Source: Cycas panzhihuaensis
Taxonomy: Eukaryota; Plantae; Cycadophyta
Reading direction: 5' to 3'
Assembly (NCBI GenBank): GCA_023213395.1
Contig: CM041465.1
Location: forward strand, 251,603,741-251,667,740
DNA: 64,000 bases
Shown: positions 13,560-26,565 of the stretch, piece by piece
Numbering within the stretch: position 1 is the first letter of the stretch
How the letters are laid out: each line of letters begins with the position of its first letter
Position numbers and translations under genes: made by a program
The notes under the pieces: generated by a model
Databases searched by the model: none
What the model was told of the DNA's origin: nothing
Seen by the model: only the letters and a program-made list of their open reading frames with translations

Positions 13560-15277
13560 TTGTTCACCAACACTGACAACTTCAATTCGTCAATTTCTCT
13601 TAACTAAATAGAACCATTCTAAAAATTCTTTTCACTTCATATGGCCCTAGCCATCTCATATTCAACTTCCTTGGATGGGTTTGGAATTTGTTGCCGTAAA
13701 GCAACACCTAATCTTGTTCGGTGAACTCTAGCGTCCTTAGGTGTTAGTCATGCCATGCTTTCTGCCTAGTTTTCTCTATATTCTGTAACCATTCTACTTT
13801 TTGGCAATTTTCTTCTAACCATAGTAACTACCACAATCTCTCTTGAATGGATTTGTCGTCGTCCAATTGGCAACCTAGTGCTACTCTTAGGCTAGGAATC
13901 TAGAATTCAATTAGAATAATTGCTTCAACTTTGTATACTAACTTAAATGGAGTTTGCCCTGTTGCTTATTTATATGTGGTGCGAAATGCTCACAATACGG
14001 AGGGTAACTTTTCTGCCCAATTAGATCTCTCGATATCATATATTCTTCTCAAGCAACTCTCAATGATTTTGTTTGAGCTCTTTGCTAGACCATTTTCTCA
14101 TGGATAATATGGAGTTGAATTGTGGTGGCTAATCATAAATGTTGTTGTTAATTCCTATATAACTTCATTCAGTAAATGCAACTCTTGATCACTTCCTAAC
14201 TCCATGGAGCAAACCAATCTTGTGATGATCATATCATAAAGGAACCTCATTATGCTCATGGAATCTGCCTTCTGAAGTGGTTGTGCTTCCACCCATTTCG
14301 TTGCATAGTCAGTAGCAGCCAAAATCTACCTCGCTTATGAGCGACGAGTTGCTAATTGGATAGGACCAACAAAATCCAAGCTCCATTTCTTAAATGGTGC
14401 TAATGATTATATTGGGATCAATGGCTAGAAATCATGTCATCATGGCTTTCCCGTTCTCTAACATTCATCGCATTTTTTAACCGATTGTTGAATATCCTCG
14501 AAAAGTGTTGGCCACCAAAATCTGGTTGTTAATACTTTCTTCCATGTATTCTTCACTCCAATGTGGCCTCTTGTTATTCCCACATGGGCTTGGGTGATGA
14601 TTTGATTTACCTCATGGGTTCTAATACATCATTGCAATACATCATCTGGCTTGAGACAATATAATTCTCCATAAATCAATTGGTATGACTCAACTCTTCA
14701 AACTAGGCTTCATCTCTCTACTTTATCCATATGTGGTGGGAATTCCCCGGTTGCCAAAAATTTGGGAATGTCCTCATACCATTCCATTGGAATTGCCTCC
14801 ACACTGAATAATGTTGCATCATGGAAATCATCTTTTACTCCCATTGTCTATTCTCCATTTTCTATCCTTGACAATTGATCAAAAATGATATGCATCTTCC
14901 TTGGTTTGATGACAATCTTGAAGGTAAATTCTTAGAAAAGCATTAGCCACTTGCTAATACACCAATTCAATAATGGTTTGTTTATTAGATACATCAAAGT
15001 TTAATGATCCATGTAGAATATAAAGGGATTGGATAGTAAATAATGACGAAACTTTTGAAGTGCATAAACCATCCAAAAGACCACCTCTTTCCATGGTCGA
15101 ATAGTTTTGCTTTGCCCTTGTTAATTTTTTGTTGGAAAAATATATAGGATGATCCACATTATTCTCCCTAGGTTGTGCTAATATGCACTCGGTTGCAAAT
15201 TGTGATGCATTTACATGCACATGAAATACTCTGTTCCAATTGAGGAATCTAAGTATAGGGGCTAAGGCTATTGCTCA
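13560..15277 (-). pseudogene. Gypsy pol 3' half: RNaseH and integrase
   Basis: APILRFLNWNRVFHVHVNAS...DHPIYFSNKKLTRAKQNYSTMER (ORF 14954-15220). Integrase motifs KWSLDFVGPI and TDYATKWVEA (~14280-14395). Confidence 0.85.
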
Positions 15278-18200
15278 TTTTAATGTGGCAGTTGTTTGAT
15301 AAGCCACTGGTTAATGTTAATGTAGTGGTTTAGCTTAATTGTGATCAACAAAATGGTGCAAGATATGCGGAAGGTCACAACCCTTGTTAGGTGACACCTC
15401 TTGGAAGGATACAAAATCCTAAAACCTTTGTATATTCATAAAATCAAGCAAGTGATAATCAATGTAATGTATTGATCTTTGTGGTGGGTTTTATCCCGAA
15501 AGGGTTTCCCACATAAATTTTGTATACTGTGCATCTGTATTTTGTGTATATCTTGTTTGCTTGTTGTTTATGGTAAAAGATTCTGCAAAATATAAACATG
15601 TATGTATGCATTCATGTTCCTTAACATGGTATCAGAGCCTCACCCTAGGATCAATTCCCCTCGTGTAACGTTAGAGAGGGGATGTTGGACTCACTGCCAT
15701 ATCTCGAGGATTGTTTACGTGGAGTAACTGCCACCATGGGCCCTGGGACTAACCGCCTTGTGAGGTGTTTAGATATGAGATTTATATCGGATGCTAACAC
15801 CTTGAAGTTTTGGTGTAACGACAATCTTACATAGTTGAAGCTAGAAGTTAAGCAGAGTAGTGAGATCATTGGTTGCCAGGTGATGTCGTCAAACCCAGGA
15901 CATTTCTTGAGGATCCATCTACTCTAATGATGTGCAGGAGCAGGCACAGTGATCGATGATGGTTGAGAAGGTGAAATTCACCTATCAATGAGGCATAGGC
16001 ATAGTTGGAGTCATAATTTAGACATGCAGGCCATGTTCGTAGTGTGAGTTGGCTCATTGGGGGTCATTCAAAGTTGGTTGGTGATCTATAGCAGTGATTG
16101 AAGCCAACAAAGCTTGTTTTGATGGAGATTCAACAATGGCAAAGGTAGCCAAAGCACCATACAAGTCATTCCATTTCTTATCAAAGCACCACTAAAATTG
16201 ACATAAATATAATTATTTACCATCAAAAACCATATATATTTCATCTAAAGAGCGAGATTGGAGCCTGTGATGGTAGTTTTTTGCTATGAATGTGTTGGGT
16301 CCCGTTGTTGGCTATAACAGTGTTTTTTGATGTGATTTGGTCAATTTCTAAGTGGTGGGCAACTTTGTAAGTGTGTCACCAACTCGTTTATAGTTGTATG
16401 TATGATTACTGGTTGGGGTTGGTTTGTACAGCTTCTTGTGTGAAGTGTTGGCCTGCGTTGTGCATTCCTTACCAGCTGTAAGGCATCCATAAAGGAGTTC
16501 GGCTTTCAAATGACCAATGCAAGTCGTGTGGCAGTTGCACCACATATAAATCAACTATTGGAGATCTGCGGGATTTCAAACATCAAAATATTTGATATAT
16601 TTTATCCTTTGTAACCTTAGACGGCTTATTTAGCATGTGCATTAAGTTATTTAACATGTGGGAAAAGTAAAGGGATGTACAACCAAAGTGAAAAGTCGCA
16701 TTTCTTAAGAATATGCCTTTTGGCATATTCCCTCACAAAAAATAACTTTATAAAAGGCCTTTGAACTATTGATATTTGATATTTTTATTTGTGAAGTGTT
16801 GTGAAGCATTTTGAAGTAATATATAATCATTTTTTGAGCCATTTGTCGTGAGAATCTGACTTGGAAGACCATACACCGTGTATTGTGCTGCGATTCCTTT
16901 ATTTTTTGAGCATATTCTAAGGCATCTTAAGTCCTTTTTAAGTATTTTTTGAGCATTTGAGGACTTTTTTGGAGTCTATTGGTGAGGGGTGAATAGTTAG
17001 TGGGCCGCTCTGGGCGTGCATAGTCATTGTTCTGCATTTTCTAGTGAATGTGCCTGAAAAGGAGGTGATCACAATGGTGTAAGTTATGTCTGGAAGACTA
17101 TAAGTTTACTAGTTTAGTGATATTAACTCGTGTGTTGAAGCTCGTTTCTTGAAATGGAACATGATGCCCAAAGTTATCTTTAATGGCAACAATTTCAGCT
17201 AGTGGAAGGCCAACATGGAGTTAATATTGATGGTGAATCAACTCTAGGCGATTACTAAGGCAAAAGTGGACATGGTCCCGTTTGACCATAAAGAAAGTGT
17301 GCGATTTGAGGAGAAGAAATTTATGGTCGGTAGATTGTTGAAACTGTCATTGACACCAAACTAGAGGGCTTTGGTTCATAACCTGGAGCATCCAGACAAA
17401 ATTTGGGCAAAACTATGTGAAACTTTTAAGAAAAAGAATATGAATAGACATCCAGCCTTAATGTTGGAGCTTCTCAATTATAAAATAGAAGATGAGACCA
17501 ACATAAGTTCCTATCTGAATAAAATCACTAACTTGAGGAATAAGCTAGAAGAGTTGAAGTTGAATTCGATTGATGATGCACTTTTGTTCGTGATAATCAT
17601 GTCGAAGTTGCTAACTACTTTTGCCACTTTTTCAGACCATTTATGGTAGAGATAAGGTGATGGAGGCTACCTTTGATGGCATTAAGAATCTTATTCTAGA
17701 AGATAATGCCAAGTTAAAACATCATGTCATGCTTGAAGGTTCTGAATCAAGTTAGGCCTTAGTCATGAAGACGTAGAGGAGAGAGGTCATTCAGGAGGAG
17801 AAGTTCACATAAAGGTTTGGAGAAGACTCTTGGGAAAATAAGAAATTCAATCGTAAATATAACTATTACAAGAAGGAAGGCCACAGAGAAAAAAACTATT
17901 GGTTCAAGAGATAGGACAAATGTAAAGTTAGCCAGGATGACAAAGGGAAGTGCATTATAACACATTGCATTAGAGCGTCAGCCTTGTCAATTGAGACAAA
18001 TAAGAGAGACTACTGGATTTTGGACTTTGGAGCGCAAAAGCATATTTCTTTCAAGAAGTGTAACTTTGATATATGGAGTGAAAATCATAGTGGTGCAAAA
18101 ATCATTCTTGGAGATGCTCGCATGTTGCCGGTGGAAGGCGTTGGCGAAGTTTCCTTGGCAGATGGTAAGTTTACATGGGCATATTATGTACCCAAGATGT

Positions 18201-21200
18201 AATTGAATTTGTTTTCGGCCTGAGAAATCTGCAAACAAGGAATGAAGGTGAATCTTTATCATGATAGATGCCTAATTAAGGATCTTAAGCAGAATTTCTA
18301 TGTCATTATTACTGGGAAGGTTAGACATAACTTTTGGGTGTTTGAAAAGTTTTAATCCCAAAAGAAGTCTTATGCCTTTGTTGCTAGTACATATGATGTG
18401 AGCAAGATGTGGCATGATTGCCTAGGTCACCTTAATTATAGAAGCATCGCACTACTAAAAAGGTTGAAAATGGTGGAAGGGTTACCATTTGTTTCATGTT
18501 CAGACGGTGTTTGTGAAGGGTGCACATATGGGAAGCATTATTGCTATCCTTTTGCTCAAGACAATGCCTAGAGAACTAAGGAGAAGTTTGAGCTTGTGTA
18601 TATAGATGTGATGGGTCCACTCCCAAACCCTTCAATATCAGGAGCTTGGAACACCTTAGTGTTTGTGGATGATTACACCATATAAGCTTGGGTATATTTC
18701 CCAAAGAACAAGTCAGATGTATTTGATTTCATCTATGACTAGAAAGCGAGTGTAGAAAACGAAAGTGATAAGAAGATTAAGACATTAAGAAGTGATAATG
18801 GCAAGGAATACGACAATCATACATTTAATCAGTTCTGCCAAGATCATAGTATAAAATGGGAGTTTACTATTCCGCATACCCTACAACAAAATGGTGTTGT
18901 GGAAAGGAAAAATCATACCATGATGGAGATGGCAAGGTGTATGGTGCATTCGAGAAACTTGCCACCGATGTTTTGGGAAGAGGCTATGGTGATTATTATT
19001 TACATTATGAACTAGGTACCCACTCAAGTAGTTTGTAGCATGACCCCTAAAGAGAAATGGACTAGTTGTAAATCTGTTATTAGCCATTTTAAAACTTTTG
19101 GGTGCATTGGATATGCGTACATCCCAGACGAAGGTTGCAAGAAGTTGGACCACAAGAGTTTGAAGTGTATTTTTGTGGGGTATTCTGATCAAAACAAAGC
19201 TTACAGACTGTGGGATCCATAGGGGAGAAAAATTGTGATTAGTCGGGATGTCAAATTTGATGAGTTATCGATGTATCATATTGAGGAATCATCAAAAAAA
19301 CCTTTTTTAACCCCCACTACTTCCATTCTTGGATTCGTCAACCGAAGAGGACAATGAGTCAGTCAGTGGAATTCATGAGGAAGCTAGATTGAGTGGAGAG
19401 AGTAATAGTGAGGAGCCATCACATGAAGAAGTACCTCCAGCACCAGGTCCTTTTATACCGTTATGGGTAAGGAAGACGATTGAAGATTCTGGAGTGGTGA
19501 TGCATACCCTTACTGATGAGAGGAGAACAAGAACTCAGTATGCCAGTCAAACTCTATTGGCAGACACCAATAACTCCAATGATCATAATTTGTATGATGA
19601 AGTGAAAGGTGATCCACGATAGAGAGTTGCAATGGAAGAGGAGTATAGTTCACTTATGAAGAATGAGATATGGGATTTGGTTTTGCTCCCTCAAACGAAG
19701 AACCTTGTTAGATACAAGTGAGTCTACAAGACTAAGTTCCACTTTGATAAGGAGGTGGACAAGTACAAGGCTAGGCTTGTCACTCAAGGATTTAAGCAAA
19801 AAGAAGAAATTGATTATGAGGAGATATTTGCACCAGTCTCCAAGATAATGACGATTTGTTTGATCATTTCCTTAGCAGTTGCTTATGGTGGGGAGTTACA
19901 CCAAATGGACGTTAAGTTTATGTTTCTTAATAGAGATCTAAAGAAGGAGATTTACACATCGTAGCCTTTGGGATTCATTGAGAAAGGCCAGGAGCATCTT
20001 GTGTGTCGATTGAAAAAATCACTCTATGGCCTGAAACAAGCACCCCGTGCTTGGTATGAGAAGATTGATGCCAAGTTGAAAGTTGAAGGATTTCTTGTTT
20101 CTAATCTCGATCTAAATTTATATGTGAAAAGGAGAGGGACCTTAATAGTAGCTATTGCATTGTATGTAGATGATTTACTTATCAGAGGCAACTGTAATAA
20201 AACTATTGTAGGAGTCAAGTCCAATTTGGGAGCTACCTTTGACATGATAGAACTCATGAGACTTCACTACTTCCTGGGCATTCAAGTTAGGTAAATGGAA
20301 GATTGGATCATGTTGTTGTAGACACAGTATATGCAGAACCTACTGGAGAAGTTCAAACTACAGGATTGCAAACCAATTGCAACACCATGTGCTAAGGGTG
20401 CAAGACTGCAGAAAGATATGGCCAAACCTTCTATAGATGGATCAAAGTACCATCAGTTGGTAGGGTGTTTGATCTATTTGACTCATACCAGACCAGATAT
20501 TGTTTATGTTGTTGCATTGGTTTCTCGATATATGTAGAATTCTCAAGAACCACATTGGATTGCAACGAAGTGGATTCTGAAATACTTGAAAGGGACACTG
20601 AATGTTGGTCTCGAATATTGTCGTGGTGGGGAGATAAAGTTGAATGGCTACACTAATGCTGATGATCAGAAGTCCACCACTAGATACATCTTTGGTATCG
20701 GTAATGGATTTGTTTCGTGGCAGTCAAAGAAGCAACAAACAATGGATCTATCTTTTATAGAGGCAGAATATCAAGGACTCAGTGCTAGTGCAAAAAAAGT
20801 TGTATGGTTGCAAGGTTTCTTGGAAGTTATTGGAGTTTCAAATGGACATCCGATTATTTTTATCAATAATCATAGTACCATTCATTTGTCAAAGAATCTA
20901 GGGTTTCATGTTCGTACGAAGCACATTGATATACAACCTACATCCATGAATAGATCAAGTCAGGGAAGTTGTAGGTCTTCTATTATTTGAGTGAATATCA
21001 ACTTGCAGGCGTCTTCACCAAAGCGCTTATTGAAAATCAATTCACAAAGATGCATACTAGATCAGGACTCACAGATGTTATCCTTAAGGGGGGATATATT
21101 GATGAGGACAAAGGAGTAGGATAGTCCCAACCTTCATGATAATGCAACTGCTGTAGGTTGCAGGTTCCCCACATTCACATTAAGGGGGGATGTTAACATG

Positions 21201-21539
21201 GAAGTTGTTTGTTAAGCCACTAGTTAATGTTAATGTGGTGGTTTAATTCAATTGTGATTAACGAAATGGTGTGGGATATACAGAGGGTCACAACTCTTAC
21301 CGGGTGACACCTCTTGGAAGGATATAAAATCCTAGAGCCCTTGCATATTCATAAAATCAAGCAAGTGGTAATCAATATGATCTATTGATCTTTGTGGTGG
21401 ATTTATTCTCGAAAACATTTACCACGTAAATCATGTATACTATGCATCTGTATTCTATATATATCTTGTTTGCTTGTTGTGTATGGTAAAAGATTCTGCA
21501 GAATATAAGCATGTATGTATGCATTCATGTTCCTTAACA
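15278..21539 (+). mobile_element. Full-length decayed Ty1/Copia inserted between RT and RNaseH of the Gypsy
   Basis: 349-bp LTRs at 15278-15626 and 21191-21539. PBS TGGTATCAGAGC 15627-15638, PPT TAAGGGGGGA 21181-21190, TSD GCTCA/ACTCA (1 mismatch). Confidence 0.93.
17154..21090 (+). pseudogene. Copia gag-pol pseudogene
   Basis: WILDFGAQKHI (protease), LRSDNGKEY (integrase), [22 protein letters not shown] and YVDDLLI (RT), SWQSKKQ...RTKHIDI (RNaseH). Many stops. Confidence 0.92.
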
Positions 21540-22600
21540 ACTCATTTCAGTGCTTTGAATGCCCTTTGTTGGTTAGGTCCCCATTTCTAATCGACATCCT
21601 TCATTAACAAGATCTCTAGGGGTTTAGAGATATATGCGTATCCTTTTATGAATTTCCAATAGTGCCCAATCAATCCTAAAATCCTTTGAGTTGGTTCCTT
21701 GATAATGGTTGTGGATAATGTAAAATTATTGACACTTTGGCAGAATCCATTGACAAGCCTTCCTTGTTGACAATGTGCCCTAGCAAGTTGCCAAACAGAA
21801 CAAGAAATGTACACTGCTCTAGGTTTAGGCATAAATTGTTTTCTTGACAAGTTTGTAGCATCTCCCTTAAAATTTCCATGTGATTTTTCATAATGTCATA
21901 TAACATCTAATCATCTAAGAATATCGCCACTTTCTCCAAAATCATTTTCTTAAAGATATTGATCACTATACTCAGAAATATCACTAGGGCATTTTTAATT
22001 CGAATGGCATCACTCTATATGTATATGTTCCCCATTCAATGACAAATGTGGTTTTTGCTTAGTCCTTTAAGCCAATGTTGACTTGGTTGTGTCTACTTAA
22101 CTTGTTGGTGAAGGAATATACCTCCTTCCCTCCAACCATTTCTAACACATCCTTTGTGAATGAGATTGAAAATGGATCCTTTCTAACCACCTTGCTCAAT
22201 TAATGACAGTCCACACACACCGTTATCTTCCTATTTTTCTTGAGAACTATGACTACAAGACTCACCCAATCACTATATTCTACTTTGTAAATATGTTTGA
22301 CTTCCAACATTTTATCCAATTCCGGTTTTACCTTTTCTTTGTACTTCAAATTCATCGAGTATGGCCTCTACTTAACCAATTTGGCCTCCTTAATCAATTC
22401 TATATGATACATTCCTACCTTAGGAGGAATGCCTTTCAAGTCTTTGTAGGACCAGGCAAAGGCATCCATGAACTCTTCAAATAGTGCATGGGCTTCAAGT
22501 ACAATTTTATCATCCCAATAATCTCCAATTATGATATTGCAAAGACTTTCCTCAATTCCAAGATTCACCTTTGCTGTTTTGACCTTCTCACTTTTGATTT
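21540..22600 (-). pseudogene. Gypsy pol 5' half: reverse transcriptase
   Basis: FMDAFAWSYKDLKGIPP (22368-22568), LLGHIVNKEGLSMDSAKV (21676-21906), GHYWKFIKGYAYISKPL. Confidence 0.88.
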
Positions 22601-24889
22601 GCTAATCCTTGGTCGCTTGATGTGCTAGGGTTTCCTCTATGTCTCTTTCTTCATAACATAACTTTGTGTGCTTAAGAGGAAAATTGTGAGCTCCCCTTCC
22701 TCCTCATTGCCCCTACTTTCTATAGTTCTTATAGTTGACATGGATTTTATTTATTCAACTTCTATATTCATCTTTCTAATACACTTTAACACCTGGTTTA
22801 TAGTTTTGTTTTTCGATGAATATAAGAAGGATTTGATGAATGATCTTTTCAAACTATCCTAGGAGACTTCTTGGGCTTTCTCTTGTCTGAGAAACCATTC
22901 CTTATCTAATTTATCCAAGGTATGAAAAAATAAATGCCCCCAATTACTTTTTGGGATGCTTTGAGCCTTCCATGCTCATTTGCATTGATTAATATGTCTA
23001 GCTAGGCATTCTCCTACTAAGAAGGGAGTGATGGATAACTATTTAGGTAGATCAAATCTTAACCAAAGGATGCCTAGATTTCCACCTAGTCATGGAGTAG
23101 GGTTTGGTGGGCCAAATACCACCACTAAGCTTAGCCATGAAGGGTAAGGACAAAGTCCATTATCCATTGAGATTTATCTAAGGTCCAACCATTACTCCAT
23201 GCAACAAATTAGGTGGTTGGTGCCATCTAGCTTTCTAGCTGCAAATGGAGTTACTATTATCTCAATAAAAGGAGCTTCTATCCTATCTTCAAGCGTGGGG
23301 GGTCTATCACTAGGGAAGGATTCTATCAAGGTGGTCTTACATGACATTACCACTTGGGGCCATGATCCCACAAGGTTGTTTTATGGAGTTCTCACTAGGT
23401 GGATGCACCTTGAAAGAGGAAGATGAGGAACTAGAACTAGTTTCCTTAAGGTAGGGTAGGGGTGTGGGGGAAATTCTACTATGGGTTTTGTCCTTAAAGT
23501 AGAAGGGAGGTTGGGGTCTGCAAGAATATTGGCCTGATCTTCTAAACCAAACTAACTTGGGTTAAGGCTAGCGAAAGGGCTAAGGGTAGGAGTAGAATTA
23601 GGGTTAGGAGTAGAAGATAGGGAATTTACTTCCATTTTTACTTGTACCTTGTTCTTAGGGTTTTCTATCAAATAAACATCTACCAAGTATTCATCCATAT
23701 CTTGATTTACTACGCTATTTACTAATTCACTTATTTTATTCCTATCACTAGAATCGATATAATCAAAATTGCTATTTATATTATTCATGTCAATTATAGT
23801 ACATATAGAAAGTAGGTTACAATGAAAAAAGGGGGGTCCCACCTCGTAGGACTCCCTCATCTAATACTTAATTAAATTCTTAACACTTTCCTCATTGGAG
23901 GAACTCTTTGGCTAAAGCTCCCCATAGTAAATTGGTTCTGAAATAGGTGAACATGTTCATTGGCATCTATTGTGTGATCAAAGATAAGTCTCTTAAATTC
24001 CTAGAACCTGCCATCTTTGGAACACTTGGCAGTATCCATTCTCCTTGTGAAAGTGTTGGTGGGGTAACTTGCCCTTTTGGCAATGCAAGTTCTTCTATTG
24101 CTACATTAATTTTGGGTATCTTTAATGGACTTTTCTCTCCACTACTACCTTTTCCGAACAATGAATTTGTAAAGGGTCTCCTCAAATGAATTAGTTCTGG
24201 GTGCCTCAATATCTACATTGTCAACGTGGTTGTGATCAAGAATGACTGCTTAGATCCCTTATTTAGTATATACTCAAACAACTGTCTTGTTAGACAATTC
24301 TCCCAATATGCAAAGGGACCTTCCTTCACCTTCTCCCCATGGTCACTCAAGTCCTTCAAACTAGAGTCTACACTTAATCCTTCCTCCTTCCCTAGGGTTT
24401 CTTTTTTCTCTTCTAAAGTCTTATTTTCTTCCTTCAATTCCTCTTCCTTTGGAATTTCCTCCTCTTCTTTTTTCTGGGCTAAGCATGTTTAATTCAAATG
24501 GGGTAGGTGTTATCACCATTAGATCTCCATGGCCTTCATTTCCTAGTTTTTGAGGTGTTTGGGCACCACTAGCCTCAAACCCTTCAATAGACTCTCTTAG
24601 TCCTATCATTTTTATTGGAACTTAACCTCCTTACCCTTCTTACTTTCCTCTCATTTGACCATTTTATAGCCGTTTGTCTGCCTGACTCTGGTATTCCCTT
24701 AGGTGAAGGTATTTTAGGTGGCTCACCTGTCTTCGAAGGCCATTTTGATGGCATTGGAAGGTCCCCTACTGTCGAGGCTTAGTTATAGCCTACCATCACA
24801 CCAATAGCCAGGATGACTTGGTCTTTGGTCATTATTTGAAAACCCTGACTCTTCTTCACCCTACTAGTGGACTTAGGCAATATAACCAA

Positions 24890-25670
24890 TGTTGACTTCC
24901 CTTTCTACTCCTTAGAAAGTACACTTGTCAAAAATCACTCCCGATAGTCTAACTAGGGCTTGTGTCAACATCCGGGTCACTTACACACATAAGTCCACAA
25001 TATTATAGCAATCGCAACATTATCATCCATCCTGGCATCTTGTATAAATCAAAAGCAAAACATGATACATAATTTCCATTTAACTTGTTATTTCATTAAG
25101 CAATATCAATGTTTGATTACTTTAAATTGTCATATGGCTTCTCATATCCTTGAAAACATAACACAAACTCCAATATTTATTTCTCTACACTACAAAGAAT
25201 GACCCTTAACCAAGTAAGCTCTCATATCCAAAATGGTGAGAAATAACCTTTAAATACCCTATGCGTGCCTTTTGGGGAATGGTTGTGACCACTATTCACA
25301 ATTGTACCCCTTACATAATGCACGCCCTTTCATAATGGTTACACTAACTAATAATTAATTACACTTAGTTATCTCTGTCTCATCCATATGTTTGTAAGGA
25401 CATTTGCCCTTAGCTAATGTCCTACTTGTGTTCTATTTGTTTTGTGCCATGTATTCCTATTCCAAAACTTGTTGTCATGCATGCCTACTCTGAAACATAC
25501 CCTATCATGTGTTTCCCAAGAAGCCTTTCCTATTGATTTATGCCTGAATATCATGTGTCCTCTACTTGAACACTTGTTGGGCTATTTTCTTGCGCTCACC
25601 ATGACCTGTTAGATGACAATTGCTACCATTCCATAGTTTGAATGCATAAGAGCCAGATTTGACCCTAACA
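24890..25670 (-). repeat. 5' LTR of Gypsy 10404-25670
   Basis: Direct repeat of 10404-11220, followed by TSD CCCTC. Confidence 0.9.
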
Positions 25671-26308
25671 CCCTCTGCAATGCCCATCTTTATAGCAGTG
25701 TTCCTACACACCAACTACAGGAATGGTGTCTAGGCTTCATTTTTGGACATGAGATGTTGCTACTAGCTATTGCTCCCTGCTAGGCCACATCCTTCTTTCA
25801 GGTGTTCTAGATAACTCCTCTCTAAAAGAGGTAATGAAGCACTACCAAATTGAATCTACTTTGTCAAAGCAAAAGAAAATTAAAATGAAAGTTGAATAGG
25901 CAATAATTTCTGTAGACACCAAGTGCCAAATAAATTAGAATTAACCCAAAAATAAAGTTTACATAATGAGTTTAGGGTCTGCCTTAGTTATAGGTGCCAT
26001 TATGGCTCCCTATTAAAAAATCAACTTCAATAATAATATTAATAATAAAATACTGACTTTCTAATATAAAAATCAACTTCTTAATATTTAATAATTTTAG
26101 TATCATTATAATACATCATCCTTTAGAGCATACTTTGCCCTCGAAGTATTGTTATTTGCATTTGTAGATCCAAGGCATGTACTTATTGCACGGTGTTATC
26201 TATACTTCTTTAGCTCATCACCTGCTAAGACTGGAATATCATAGGCATTAGGTTCATCTTTATATTGTCTTATTGAGGCAACATGTATGTATCCTATTTG
26301 TGATAGTT

Positions 26309-26553
26309 TGTTATGAACCTCTTAAGGGGTTAACTAATTGATTATTAAATGAAAGGGTGTTTTGTGAATAGTTGTGACCTTTAAGTGAAAGGGCCTATTA
26401 TACATACAGATATGGCTTCCAATATTTTGTAAAACATCATTCATTTTTATCAATCAATACTAATTGGTCTTTTGAATGCAATTCACCTTTAAACGTACTT
26501 GTGCTCTTTGGAATTTGTTAATTGTGCTCCAATTACGAAAAAGTTCCATAATA
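26309..26553 (+). repeat. 5' LTR of BRCT-carrying element
   Basis: TGTTATGAACCTC...CCATAATA, a direct repeat of 37126-37370. Confidence 0.92.
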
Positions 26554-26565
26554 GGTGGTATCAAA

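Larger units (their letters stand above)
10404..25670 (-). mobile_element. Ty3/Gypsy LTR retrotransposon (non-chromovirus, Athila/Tat-like), decayed, with nested insertions
   Basis: LTRs 10404-11220 and 24890-25670 (TGTTGAC...TAACA). Perfect TSD CCCTC at 10399-10403 and 25671-25675. pol on the minus strand. Confidence 0.92.
6641..25834 (-). mobile_element. Non-coding (LARD-like) LTR element whose 5' LTR is split by the Gypsy at 10404-25670
   Basis: 6641-7010 matches 10182-10403 joined to 25676-25834. A degenerate PBS GCTCTAATACCA lies at 10170-10181. No retroviral domains recognised in 7010-10170. Confidence 0.65.
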
